Assembly (NCBI GenBank): GCA_963708295.1
Contig: CAVPSJ010000019.1
Coordinates: 32,001-96,000, forward strand
Length of the DNA: 64,000 nucleotides
Direction: 5' to 3'
Source of the DNA: an uncultured delta proteobacterium
Lineage (GTDB): Bacteria; Desulfobacterota; BSN033; UBA1163
Below the pieces are notes generated by a model. It did no database searches, was not told where the DNA came from, and saw nothing but the letters and a program-made list of their open reading frames with translations. Positions 7,206 through 17,460 of the stretch are shown piece by piece (within the stretch, counting starts at the first letter, position 1; the number at the start of each line of letters is the position of its first letter). The position numbers were made by a program, and so were the translations under genes.

Positions 7206-8600
7206 CTTATCCCCACGAATATTCCCTCTTGCCAGGGAGGCGAATACGCCTCCGAAGCAGAGAATGGTAAAGAAGACAAAGGCCAATTTGATGCATTTCA
7301 AGAAGACCGGATAGGTCTCTTGCGTGATTTGGACCTTCCCGAGGTAGATGGAAAATATCAAGAGAGCAGTTCCCATGCTGAAGGCCATCCCGGTGATTCG
7401 CATGGTCGAGAGCGTTCCTGAGCCCACTCCGTAAAACCTGCTTTCAACCGAGCTCATCACCGCATTCGCGTTGGGAACCGAGAAAAGGCCATAACCCAAC
7501 CCAAGAAGAATCAGGTTCCCCAGGATGAAGAGGAGCGGGGTTTTTTCATTTAGAACGGTAAACAGGCAAATCCCCACCCCGGTCAAAACCAATCCGATCG
7601 AAGCGACGATTCGCGGTTCAATCCTGTCCGAAAGCTTGCCGCTAAAGGGTGAGCAGAGCGCTTGGACAATCGGCTGGGCGATCAGGATCAACCCCGCATT
7701 TTCAGGGGCCAGTTTTTTCACGTATTGCAGGTAAAGACTTAAAAGGAAGGTAATCGCGAAGCTTGCGCTGGAATGAATCAGCGTTGCCAGGTTTGAGAAG
7801 GCGAACGCCCGATTGTTCCTAAAGAGCTTGATCTCCAAAACAGGGGTTCTCACCTTTCCTTCCCACTTAATGAACAAGGGTATGCCCAGGAAGCCTGCCA
7901 GAAGAAGCCATACGCCTTGCGCCGTCGACAATTGAGAAAAACCATACATGATGAGAAAAAGAATGATACTGTAAAGAACCGAGCCCGTCAGATCCAATTT
8001 ATCTTCTTCGGCCTCGCGCCATTCCCCTTTCAGTGTTCGGAGGGTGAGAAGAACGAGGATAGACCCGACAAGGACATTGACGAGAAAAATACTCCTCCAT
8101 CCGAGGTATTGGGTTAAGAGTCCGCCTAAAAAGGGTCCTGAAGAAAACCCGAGGTAGACGGCAGCCCCGTTTATTCCCAAGACTCTACCCAGCTCTCTGG
8201 GAGGAAAGGTGGAGGTCAGGATAGCCGCCCCGATAGGATAAACGGCTGCAGCGCCGATCCCTTGCAAGACCCGGAAGCAGATCAGCATCGCGGCAGAGTT
8301 CGAGAGGGCACAACCCGCAGAGGTCAAAGTAAACGTCATGACACCGTAGGTGAACAATCTTTTTCTTCCATAAATGTCTGCGCTTTTGCCAAAGGGGACA
8401 ACAAACATGGCTGAGGCCAGAAGATACACCGTCGTCACCCAACTCATTAGAATGGCGTCCATTGAAAAGGCCTTCCCGATGGAGGGAAGTGCAATATTCA
8501 CGGAGGATATCCCAAAGGGGGAGATGAAGGAAGCCAGCGTGGTGATGAATAAGGCAGGTCCTTTATTGGCGGCACGATCGCCATCTGTAGCGTTTGTCAT
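7203..8600 (-). CDS. MFS transporter (DHA2/EmrB-like, 14 TM)
   Basis: SVNIALP, GKSADIYGRKR motif A, RVLQGIG, GPFLGG; many hydrophobic segments. Confidence 0.9.
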   Translation of the reverse strand: MTNATDGDRAANKGPALFITTLASFISPFGISSVNIALPSIGKAFSMDAILMSWVTTVYLLASAMFVVPFGKSADIYGRKRLFTYGVMTFTLTSAGCALSNSAAMLICFRVLQGIGAAAVYPIGAAILTSTFPPRELGRVLGINGAAVYLGFSSGPFLGGLLTQYLGWRSIFLVNVLVGSILVLLTLRTLKGEWREAEEDKLDLTGSVLYSIILFLIMYGFSQLSTAQGVWLLLAGFLGIPLFIKWEGKVRTPVLEIKLFRNNRAFAFSNLATLIHSSASFAITFLLSLYLQYVKKLAPENAGLILIAQPIVQALCSPFSGKLSDRIEPRIVASIGLVLTGVGICLFTVLNEKTPLLFILGNLILLGLGYGLFSVPNANAVMSSVESRFYGVGSGTLSTMRITGMAFSMGTALLIFSIYLGKVQITQETYPVFLKCIKLAFVFFTILCFGGVFASLARGNIRGDK

Positions 8601-8985
8601 AATATGCTCGATAGAGATAACCAAGTAGGGGGCCCTTGTCAATTAAGGCAGGAAGTTCTCCTTCCCCCAAGGAAACGGTCAAAAGGCACTTTTACGAATC
8701 CGTCCATAATATCCCCTCGAACCATGAAAATAACCAAAAATTCTCCTCCCCCGGTTTCCCCAGAAATCCCCCTCCTTGGAGGTACGGATGGGGGTGTCTC
8801 ACAGGAGGGAGGGGAAATTCTTAAGGGAAATATGTCTAAAGAATGATGGACGCTTTAGTAAAATCTACCTTCGGCAGTCAGCCCCTCTCCTTTTCTCGTT
8901 GAAATAGAGTGACATTCTCCCTAAAATCGTCTTATCATGAAAGAGTGATGTAAATAAGGAAGGTACGGACGAAAGGCGTCATAGG

Positions 8986-9938
8986 ATGAGGGCGGAAACC
9001 GTCTCGGAAACTCCAGCTCGCTTCTCCGGTCCGCATATTGTCGAGGCGGAACATTTGCTGAAAAAATTCGGCGACCTGGTCGCGGTCAACGGGATCTCTT
9101 TCCGGGTCGCCACCGGTGAATGCTTCGGGATTCTGGGCCCCAATGGCGCGGGGAAGACGACCACGATCCGGATGGTCTATGCTTTCTCTCCCATGAGCGG
9201 GGGCAGTTTGAAGGTGTTCGGACTCGACATCTCCCGGGAGTGGCGCCGGATCAAATCCCGTATCGGCGTCTGCCAGCAGGAGAACAGCGTGGATCCGGAT
9301 CTGACGGTCCTCCAGAATCTGGAAGTGTTTGCCCGGTACTTCGATATCCCCAGGAAGGAAGCCCGGGAAAAGGCGACCGAGCTTCTCGACTTCATCGCCC
9401 TCGATCATCGGGCGAATGCGACGGTCACCGAACTCTCCGGCGGGATGATGCGCCGACTGGTCCTTGCCCGTTCGCTCATCAACCATCCGGACCTTCTGAT
9501 TCTGGACGAACCGACCACGGGCCTGGACCCCCAGTCGCGGCACCAACTATGGGACCGCCTCGAAGAACTACGGGAAGGGGCATTTCCATTTTGCTGACCA
9601 CTCATTATATGGAAGAAGCCTCGAGGTTGTGCGACCGGTTGATCATCATCGATCACGGTCTGATCCTGGTGGAAGGCAAACCCGAAGAGCTGATTCAGGA
9701 ACATGTGGGCAAGAATGTAATCGAGATCGCAGCACCCACGGAGGAGCTGAAATCCTTTATCCGTTCACGCCGACTCGACTATGAAGATCTCGGCCACCGC
9801 TTGATCATCTACTGTGAAGACAGCGGCGAGCTCTATCAGAGGGTGACCCGGGATTTTTGTAAAGAGGGCTGTGTGATGAGATCGGCGACCCTCGAAGATG
9901 TCTTCTTGAAGTTAACGGGCAGGGAGTTGAGAGAATGA
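8986..9938 (+). CDS. ABC transporter ATP-binding protein (NodI/DrrA-like); single frameshift at ~9577
   Basis: GPNGAGKTT, LSGGM, LILDEPTTGLD in one frame and ISILLTTHYMEEA...TLEDVFL in another; the shift falls in a G run. Confidence 0.85.
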
Positions 9939-10726
9939 CGGAACGAGCCCAGGCGAAGATCTCCAGGCGGTTCCTTCGAGTCTGGCAGCGAAACCTGAGG
10001 GTTTACAGGAAGAGCTGGAAGATCAGTTTCATCCCGCCCTTTCTGGAGCCCCTCTTTTATCTGATCGCCTTTAGCGTCGGCATGAGCGGTCTGGTGGGAA
10101 GCCTCCGCTATCAGGGGTCTGACATCTCTTACGTGAGCTTCATCGCCCCTGCCTTGATTGGAGTCAGCATCATGTACAACTCCTTTTTTGAGACCACCTA
10201 TGCCTCTTTTGTAAGGATGTATTATCAGAAAACCTTTGATGCCATGCTGGCCACGCCCCTCTCGCTGGAAGAGGTCATCGCCGGTGAAATTGTCTGGGGC
10301 GCGACCAAGTCCCTGATCGCGGCTGCGATCATGATAGCGGTGATCGGCTTTTTCGGGCTGATTCGATTTCCCGAAGGTCTTCTCCTCCTGCCTCTGGCGG
10401 TGTTGGGCGGGATTGCCTTCGCATCGATCGGCATGTTCTTTACCGGGATCGTAGCCAACATTGAAATGTTCAATCTGCCCGTCTTCTTGTTTGTCACGCC
10501 CATGTTTCTCTTCAGCGGAACCTTTTTCCCTCTTGAAAATCTTCCCCGCTGGGCTCAGCAATTTGCCCTCGTCTTCCCCCTCACCCATCTCACCAACCTT
10601 GCGCGGGCTTTCAGCTTCGGACAGATCCATCTCTCCCTGCTCTGGGAAACCGGTTATCTTCTGGCTTTCAGCCTGATCTTCTTTCCCCTGGCCATTTCAA
10701 AAATGCACCGGCGCTTAATTAAATAG
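9935..10726 (+). CDS. ABC-2 type permease (NodJ-like)
   Basis: EPLFYL, RMYYQKTFDAMLATPL, FSGTFFPL. Confidence 0.9.
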   Translation: MTERAQAKISRRFLRVWQRNLRVYRKSWKISFIPPFLEPLFYLIAFSVGMSGLVGSLRYQGSDISYVSFIAPALIGVSIMYNSFFETTYASFVRMYYQKTFDAMLATPLSLEEVIAGEIVWGATKSLIAAAIMIAVIGFFGLIRFPEGLLLLPLAVLGGIAFASIGMFFTGIVANIEMFNLPVFLFVTPMFLFSGTFFPLENLPRWAQQFALVFPLTHLTNLARAFSFGQIHLSLLWETGYLLAFSLIFFPLAISKMHRRLIK

Positions 10727-10923
10727 CGCCCCCGATCCTTCCCTCCCCTCAAGAAACCATGTCAGAAGGATAAAAAGCGGCTCCGAACAAGGCGGAAGAG
10801 ACGGTCGACCGCATCCTAAGAGTTTGGAACCCGATTGTCTCTTCGGCCGGGCCGGATTGTGACCCGGTCTCCAGGGGGAGTAGGGAAGGGGTGATGCCGC
10901 TTAATTTATTACGTTTGCAATAG

Positions 10924-12450
10924 TCAGACGGACCGGGCTGCCATTTTTCCGGCAAGCCTGCCGGAAGTGAAGGCCCAGGCCAGGTTCAGGCCGTGTCCCA
11001 TCAGAATCAGTCCACCCGCGGTCCGGCCTCCCGCAAAGAGCCCGGGGATGGCATTTCCCGATTGATCCAGGACTTGAAACCGGGTATTGATGTCGAGGCC
11101 TCCGAGGGTCACTCCGATATAGCCCACGGCTGGACCCATGACATAAAAGGGTGGTTTGAAAATACCCTCTCCAAGCGGCGAGCGCTGAAAGTCTTCATCC
11201 TTCCCTTTTTCAACAAAACCATTGTAACGCTTTACCGTTTGAACAAGGGCTAGGGGGTTTGGATGAATCTTTGCTGCCTTCTCGAGGGTCTCCCCTTTCG
11301 AAATGATATCGGGAACGTCTTTCTCATAGTCCTGAACATAGGCATAAGCGATCCCCGCTGCCGTTGAGACAAAGTATGGCCAGGCGGAGAATTTCTCGGC
11401 CAGCCTCGAATCGAAGACGATATACGCCTGTCCCTCGGCCTGCCGCGCAATGGGGAAAGAAGGATCTTTCAACTCATTCGCGAATCGCTCACCCCCACGA
11501 TTGACCAGAATCGCCCCTTCCCGGTACAACCCTTCATCCGGCGCCCCGCGCGTCGTCAGAAGATGGCTGGCCAGTCTGATAAAGAACCGTCGGGGTAATA
11601 CCCTGCTTCCGACGGCATAGAGCTTGATCAGCAGAGGATGATTGGGGAGCAACTCATGCCACAGTTTCTTGGGAGCAGGAATAAATCGAACGTTTGGCCG
11701 GGTAAAGACACCCATATTGACCGTACGGCCCCCGACCTCCATTCCCATGACGTGTCCCTCTCCTTGACATTCGGGATTGTAACCAGGAGCCTTGGCCAGA
11801 TCGGCTGACAAATATCGCTCCTTCAGGGCAAAGCTATTGCTATAGTCACCGCTGGCCAGGATTACGCCTCGGCGGGCCTGGACCTCGATGGAAGTATTCT
11901 TCTCGGTTTGTTCCAGAAGGGCTCCGGTGATCCGTCCCCCCTCCCGGATCAATTTCCGGCCCGAGGTGTTCAAGAGAACCTTCACCCCTTTCTTGACGGC
12001 CGCCCTCTGGAGCAGAAACGGGTAAGCCAATCCGCTCGGAATCACATTATGCATCCGGGGCACGCGGTGGGGTGGTTCCGGGTTCGGTCCGTAGAATTCA
12101 AATCCGTAACTTCGCAACCACTCAATCGTCCGAGCGCCTTCCCTGACCAGGACCCAGAATAGTTCCTTGTTGTCGAATGGATCCAACTCTCCATTGTATA
12201 TTTTCATGTCCTCGAACAAGGCCTCCGGCGAATCGAGGATCCCCTGGCGGGCCTGGTAAGAGGTGCAGCAGGCGGTGATGGAGCCAACGGAAAGACCCGT
12301 CGTCCCTCCCGGAGAACTGCATTTTTCGGCGACGATCACCTTTGCCCCTTCTTCGGCTGCGGAGACAGCCGCAGCCAAACCCGTTCCTCCCCCGCCGATG
12401 ACCAGAACATCCGTTTCCATTTCATGAGAGCTCGTTGACATTTGCGGCAT
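10924..12450 (-). CDS. FAD-dependent oxidoreductase (FAD_binding_2; KstD/flavocytochrome c flavin subunit-like)
   Basis: VIGGGGTG dinucleotide fold, GGTTGLS, LVNRGGERFANE, TLGGL, IPGLFAGG; RBS gaggag before ATG 12450. Confidence 0.85.
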   Translation of the reverse strand: MPQMSTSSHEMETDVLVIGGGGTGLAAAVSAAEEGAKVIVAEKCSSPGGTTGLSVGSITACCTSYQARQGILDSPEALFEDMKIYNGELDPFDNKELFWVLVREGARTIEWLRSYGFEFYGPNPEPPHRVPRMHNVIPSGLAYPFLLQRAAVKKGVKVLLNTSGRKLIREGGRITGALLEQTEKNTSIEVQARRGVILASGDYSNSFALKERYLSADLAKAPGYNPECQGEGHVMGMEVGGRTVNMGVFTRPNVRFIPAPKKLWHELLPNHPLLIKLYAVGSRVLPRRFFIRLASHLLTTRGAPDEGLYREGAILVNRGGERFANELKDPSFPIARQAEGQAYIVFDSRLAEKFSAWPYFVSTAAGIAYAYVQDYEKDVPDIISKGETLEKAAKIHPNPLALVQTVKRYNGFVEKGKDEDFQRSPLGEGIFKPPFYVMGPAVGYIGVTLGGLDINTRFQVLDQSGNAIPGLFAGGRTAGGLILMGHGLNLAWAFTSGRLAGKMAARSV

Positions 12451-12520
12451 CCTATGGACTCCTCGCGAAAATATTCTACACATAGCAGAAAGAAGAGGGG
12501 AGCGCAAGTGGCCCCGCCGG

Positions 12521-12549
12521 TTGACACTCCCCTCTCTTTCTCTTATAGT
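12521..12549 (+). promoter_or_regulatory. Sigma70-type promoter
   Basis: TTGACA-17nt-TATAGT upstream of the FAH gene. Confidence 0.65.
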
Positions 12550-12629
12550 CAAGTCGCCTCAAAGCGAATAATTATCCCATCTGTTTCTTCCTGCGTTGAG
12601 ACACAATGCTTCTGAAGGAGTGACTGGAA

Positions 12630-13553
12630 ATGATAGACTATAAATTGTTGACATATGGAGCGCTCCAGGGACCGCGTGCGGGGATCATCGTGGACGAAGA
12701 AGTTTTTGATTTGGCGGGATTGACGGATAGACCCTCTTATGCAGCGGTGCTGGATGTCCTGAAAGACTGGGAAACCGCAAGAGCCATCCTCCATGAGGCG
12801 GTAGAAGAAACCAAGGTCGGAAAGATCAAAGGTATTCCTTTGGAGAAAGTCAAGCTGCTTGTCCCGGTGTTTCCATCGGCAATTTTCTGTGCCGGCGCGA
12901 ACTATGTCGACCACGTGCAGGAGATGGCAGCGGCCCGGAAGATCAACCCGGATCCCGATCCTCGGAGCCTGGGACTCAAACCCTGGCATTTTATCAAGGC
13001 ATCTCGTTCGGTGGTCGAAACGCAGTCCACCGTTCCCTTACCCGCCTATTCCAAGATGGTTGACTGGGAAGCCGAGTTGACGGCGGTCATCGGCCGCCGG
13101 GCGAAAGATGTCCCGGCGGACAAGGCCCTTGAGTATGTCGCGGGTTACACCGTGGCGAACGATCTCTCGGCGCGTGATTTCACAGCCCGGCCGCACGTCC
13201 CGGACACTTCGCCCTTCAAGTACGACTGGGTGAGTCAGAAGAGTTTCGATGGGTCGTGCCCGATCGGCCCGTGGATTGTGCCGGCAGGGCAGATCGGGGA
13301 CCCTCAAAATCTGAGCATCAGACTTTGGGTCAATGACGTCCTCAAACAGGACTCTCACACCGGCAAAATGATCTTCTCCGTTGCCGAACAGGTCGCCCAT
13401 CTCTCGACCCGGATCACGCTCTATCCGGGAGATCTGATTCTCACCGGCACACCGGCCGGAGTGGGCATGGCGAGAGGGGAGTTCCTTAAAGCCGGTGACG
13501 TGATCCGTGTTTGGGTCGAGCGAATTGGGACGCTGACGAACACGATGGGATAG
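12630..13553 (+). CDS. Fumarylacetoacetate hydrolase family protein
   Basis: GANY..H, DWEAEL, GYTVANDLSARD, KSFD, GDLILTGTPAGVG. Confidence 0.93.
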   Translation: MIDYKLLTYGALQGPRAGIIVDEEVFDLAGLTDRPSYAAVLDVLKDWETARAILHEAVEETKVGKIKGIPLEKVKLLVPVFPSAIFCAGANYVDHVQEMAAARKINPDPDPRSLGLKPWHFIKASRSVVETQSTVPLPAYSKMVDWEAELTAVIGRRAKDVPADKALEYVAGYTVANDLSARDFTARPHVPDTSPFKYDWVSQKSFDGSCPIGPWIVPAGQIGDPQNLSIRLWVNDVLKQDSHTGKMIFSVAEQVAHLSTRITLYPGDLILTGTPAGVGMARGEFLKAGDVIRVWVERIGTLTNTMG

Positions 13554-13726
13554 CTTGACCTACCCAGAATGACTCAAGGGACCGGCCCGGGAAAAATCTC
13601 CGCACGGCAACGATCGAGGGCCTGGTCGAATCGCCATTGCCCGAACAAGATATTCCGAAGAAATTCCGCAGATCGGCCTGGGCGTTGAATACCGCTCGTT
13701 AAAATCGTCGTCTCTTCAAGTTTGCA

Positions 13727-14272
13727 TCAATCGCTATCGCGCAAAATTGTGAAATCCATTAAATCAATATCGATCGACCCCAGTCTTTTGACGTCGCCTT
13801 GATCGAAAGGAGAAGGCACTTGATAAGAAGATGCGCGTTTCACCCCTGATTCGAACGTAATCGGGAAAGCAAACGCATTGCTTTCATTTCCGAGTTTATC
13901 CAGAACCGAGACCGTCAGGGTAATGGGTGTCCACTCGGATACATACGGTGTTTTCGAACTATAGGTATTCCATTGGAGGTACCCTTTAAAGTGCTTACGA
14001 TCCGTCGGCTTCAGATACACCCAGCTGGTCGGATACCGGCCGTAGCCGGCCTGGTCAACCACCGTGGCGATCTTCATCATTTCCCCTCGCGGGTCCTCCG
14101 CCTCAATATACACCCTCAGAATGTCTCCATACTTTATTTTGTCCACAGTAAATGCATGCGTGATGACCGGTGCATTTGATCCTGACCGGCTTTGTGCCCA
14201 TCCCTGCGCGCTCAAAAAGAGGACCAGGGCTACCATCACTCCCCGCACCCAGTAAATTTGTTTTTTGTTCAT
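13727..14272 (-). CDS. Exported hypothetical protein
   Basis: Signal peptide (AQGWA), RBS ggagg, beta-rich Ig-like composition. Confidence 0.75.
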   Translation of the reverse strand: MNKKQIYWVRGVMVALVLFLSAQGWAQSRSGSNAPVITHAFTVDKIKYGDILRVYIEAEDPRGEMMKIATVVDQAGYGRYPTSWVYLKPTDRKHFKGYLQWNTYSSKTPYVSEWTPITLTVSVLDKLGNESNAFAFPITFESGVKRASSYQVPSPFDQGDVKRLGSIDIDLMDFTILRDSD

Positions 14273-14377
14273 TTTCGTTCCTCCATTTCTCTCTTATCAA
14301 CCTTTATACAAATAAATGTAAATAGCTCCGTTGGGTTTGTCAATCCTTCGACTCCTTTGCCCACCCCACTTTCTTCA

Positions 14378-14615
14378 GCCCACCCCTTTTGTGTCCTGCC
14401 CTTCAGTGTCTGACCGAAGCCCCTTTTCAGAAATCGGCCCAAGTTTCACCCGTGATCGGGTGGGCCCCCGAAGAGGCTTCGTCGGCCCGACCGCTTTAGT
14501 TTGGCTGTATGGGTCGAAGGAGGGAGAGCCAGTTTCAATGTCATTCCGGACGTTAATCCAGGCTACCCTCAACACGGGCATTAGGAAGCCTCGGAGGGGA
14601 CTCGCCCTCGGCACG
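14378..14615. ncRNA. Candidate structured non-coding element of unknown class
   Basis: Multiple inverted repeats (14415-25/14471-81, 14448-63, 14520-30/14598-609); no credible ORF. Confidence 0.35.
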
Positions 14616-14693
14616 TTTCTTTACAAAAGGTCATCGTTATGTTAGACGCACATTTGTTTCGATTTATTCAATGAAAATTCGGGGGGAACGATC

Positions 14694-14800
14694 TTGGATG
14701 CCGACCTGTGCCAGAGAATCATAGAGAACATCTCTCGTATGATCGTGGGTAAAAAAGGAGTCCATCGGGCTCCTGCTGGCGGCACTCCCGATGGGCCTGG
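14694..14800 (+). pseudogene. N-terminal remnant of a MoxR-type AAA ATPase
   Basis: QRIIENISRMIVGKK, then (shifted) ESIGLLLAAL, typical of MoxR N-termini; the rest is absent. Confidence 0.5.
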
Positions 14801-14920
14801 CAGAGACAAGGTAATCCTCCGCGATATCACTGAAAACCTGTATGAACCCACTGAAAGACAGGGAGGAGGCTGGCCTGGCTGTTTATTCGATCACTTTTTC
14901 AACCTCTCACCTGTTTTAGC

Positions 14921-14949
14921 TTGACAGAAAACCTCGGTTTTCATATATT
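14921..14949 (+). promoter_or_regulatory. Sigma70-type promoter
   Basis: TTGACA-17nt-TATATT; implies the DapA-like gene starts at 15008. Confidence 0.55.
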
Positions 14950-15007
14950 CAACTCATCCCCCCCAATAGGCTCTCAGCGGGCTGAGGGGCAAGAGGCGAA
15001 CGACATC

Positions 15008-15940
15008 ATGCGGCCCTTACAAGGAATTATGGCCCTTACCTATACGCCATTGAAGGCGGACTACAGCTTAAACGAGGATGCCGTTCGTCGAGAAATTGAT
15101 TGGGTCATCCAGAGGGGGGCGACGGGCATATGGCCCGGAGGATACGCCGGGCAATGGCCGGAATTGGACGAGGAGGTCCGGAAAAGACATCTCAAGGTTT
15201 GTATCGAGCATGCCAAGAACAGGGTTTTTTGCGCCGCCGGATGCCATGCCACCAACACCCTGCAAACCGTCCGACTGGCGAATTATGCGGAAGAGATCGG
15301 CTATGACTGCGCTTGGATCTCTCCCACGGCTCCTCGAAAGGCCACAGACGATGAGATGGTAGAACACCACCGATGGGTCCTCGATCATACGACGATCCCC
15401 ATCGCCCTATACGATTCAAGTCCTGCCGGTTCTTACATGGGCCCGGAACTGATTGCGCGCATTGTGGGAATGAGCCAGCGGATTATCGCCATGAAGGCTA
15501 TCGTCGGGGACATCGTTCACATCGCCTCCCTCTACCATTGGCGGGTGGATCAGCGAATCAGCATTCTGGGCGTCGAATGGAATATGCTTCCCCACTTACT
15601 GTTGGGTGCGCCGGGTGCGATGGGTGGCTCGGATTGGATTCCGGCCATGTGTGCGACTTACGAGGCGTTTAAGCGGGGGAACATGAATAGGGCCTGGGAA
15701 CTGCAAAAAGCGATCGCGGCTCAATCCCCCCTTCTCATCCCTCGCGTCGCGTCGTCGACCATGGGAAGCAAAATGGACCGTTCCGGGATAGGGTACCTGA
15801 AGGCCCGATTCTCACTGATGAGCGGCATCGACTTGGGTCCCCCCATGCCGCCCTACGGCCCGGCTTCGGAGGCGGAGGTCGAAAAGGCAAAGCAAGGAAT
15901 TCGCTCACTGGAGGCGCTGATCGCCAAACCGAATCAGTAG
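15008..15940 (+). CDS. DapA/NanA-family (class I aldolase) protein
   Basis: ALTYTP, IALY, Schiff-base Lys in IAMK; GGYAGQ replaces the usual GxTGE. Confidence 0.85.
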   Translation: MRPLQGIMALTYTPLKADYSLNEDAVRREIDWVIQRGATGIWPGGYAGQWPELDEEVRKRHLKVCIEHAKNRVFCAAGCHATNTLQTVRLANYAEEIGYDCAWISPTAPRKATDDEMVEHHRWVLDHTTIPIALYDSSPAGSYMGPELIARIVGMSQRIIAMKAIVGDIVHIASLYHWRVDQRISILGVEWNMLPHLLLGAPGAMGGSDWIPAMCATYEAFKRGNMNRAWELQKAIAAQSPLLIPRVASSTMGSKMDRSGIGYLKARFSLMSGIDLGPPMPPYGPASEAEVEKAKQGIRSLEALIAKPNQ

Positions 15941-16051
15941 CCTGAGGAACGAATGCGTTTCCTGAGGGTGCGGGTGACAGGCCCGTAGGCTCATCAACGG
16001 AAAGGGAGATGACTTTGATCTCGTACTAAAATCTAACACAGGAGGAGATTT

Positions 16052-17026
16052 ATGAAACGTCACATTTTTGTCGCTCTCTCATTCTTGGTCGTGTTTGCAC
16101 TTTGCGGAGGAGTGCCGACGATTCAGGCCCAGAATTACCCGAATCGACCCGTTCAGTTCATCCTGCCCGGTACTCCGGGGTCGATCATCGATATCACCGG
16201 AAGGGTGTTAGCGGAGGATCTGGGAAAGATACTCGGGGGGCAATTTGTTCCCATCGACAAACCGGGCGCAGGATTCACCCTGGGAACGGATTTTGTGGTC
16301 AGGAGCAAGAAAGATGGCTATACCCTTTCCTATACCAACAATCCAGCCATCGTCTACTCCAGGATCCTGATGGATACGGTCCCCTATAACCCGGATAGAG
16401 ATTTAGACCCTTTGGGGCTTCACCTGTTTTTTCCCCATGCCCTTGCGGTGCAGGCCAGTTCCCCTTGGAAAACATTCGGGGAGTTGATAGACTATGCTAA
16501 AAAGAACCCCAATCAAGTTCGCTGCAGCACCCCCGGGATAGGGACGACGACCCACTTCCATTTGGAGATCCTCCAATCGTTGACCGGAGCCCAATTCAAT
16601 CACGTTCCTTTCAAATCCGGAGAAGCGGTGATCACTGCCCTTTTAGGGGGCCATGTGGAAATGACCTTCGATGCAGTGAGTAAGATCGCCCCGCATGTCG
16701 AATCGGGTAAGATGAGGATGCTCCTGGTCACCATGAAGTCCCCCACCTTCCCGAACGTCCCCACGCTGAGAGATTTGGGTTATAAACAGGATCTGGCAGT
16801 TTCCTGGTTTGCGATGTATGGCCCGATGGGAATGCCGGAGGAGGTGAAGAAAGTTTTGATCCCCGCGATTGAGAAAGCGGCGAAAAATCCGGAATCAAAG
16901 GCCAGGCTTGAGAAAATGCATTTCATTATCGATTATAGATCTCCCGCGGAACAGAAGAAGCTGGCTGCCGAAGAATACGAGACAGCCCTTGAGATCGCCA
17001 AAAAAATCGGGTTATACAAAAAATGA
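16052..17026 (+). CDS. Bug/TctC tripartite tricarboxylate transporter substrate-binding protein
   Basis: Signal peptide, YPNRPV, KPGAG, DGYTL, HVPFKSG, ALLGGHV. Confidence 0.92.
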   Translation: MKRHIFVALSFLVVFALCGGVPTIQAQNYPNRPVQFILPGTPGSIIDITGRVLAEDLGKILGGQFVPIDKPGAGFTLGTDFVVRSKKDGYTLSYTNNPAIVYSRILMDTVPYNPDRDLDPLGLHLFFPHALAVQASSPWKTFGELIDYAKKNPNQVRCSTPGIGTTTHFHLEILQSLTGAQFNHVPFKSGEAVITALLGGHVEMTFDAVSKIAPHVESGKMRMLLVTMKSPTFPNVPTLRDLGYKQDLAVSWFAMYGPMGMPEEVKKVLIPAIEKAAKNPESKARLEKMHFIIDYRSPAEQKKLAAEEYETALEIAKKIGLYKK

Positions 17027-17103
17027 TCCGGAGGAGGCGAGTACGGCTTAATTTTCTTTCGGTCGTCCTGTAGTACGGCGCCGATCCAGCTTCGACTTCG
17101 ATG

Positions 17104-17137
17104 AAAAATAGCCTTCCTATGGGAAGGCTATTTTTTT
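17104..17137. terminator. Intrinsic terminator (bidirectional-type)
   Basis: aaaaatagccttcc-tatg-ggaaggctattttttt. Confidence 0.8.
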
Positions 17138-17234
17138 GTCGGCCAAACCCGGAACTTTCACTTCCCAAAAATCTGGGAATTGTGTATATATGATGGCAGA
17201 GTATGAAAGAGGTCCCATTTCGACGCTCAGAAAA

Positions 17235-17363
17235 TGTCATTCCGAGCCCGAAGGGCGCGGCAATCCGACGAAGTCGTTGCGAGGACAAAGCTCGTGGCAA
17301 TCTCAAGGGTTCCCTCGCTTTGCTCGGGACAAGGCTTCGTCGCGAGGGGCTCCTCGCAATGAC
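17235..17363. repeat. GTCA...TGAC-ended palindromic REP/REPIN-like elements
   Basis: gtcattccgag...gcaatcc half element, then gtcgttgcgag...gcaatctc / ctcgcaatgac pair with an internal insert. Confidence 0.7.
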
Positions 17364-17460
17364 CCACTGGGGCCAATGCAGACAATCATGTGCTCCTCGT
17401 AGGAAGATAAGTAATAACATCGAGGGACGGCCAAAGAAGTTCTCTACGTCAGCTACCGAT

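Noticed and set aside
10795-10845. Hairpin gaagagacggtcg/cgattgtctcttc as an sRNA
   Set aside because: It lies between convergent genes and is adequately explained as a termination or stability hairpin.
17203-17460. 86-aa N-terminal extension of MltA in the ORF track
   Set aside because: It translates repeat elements; the lipoprotein signal begins at 17461.
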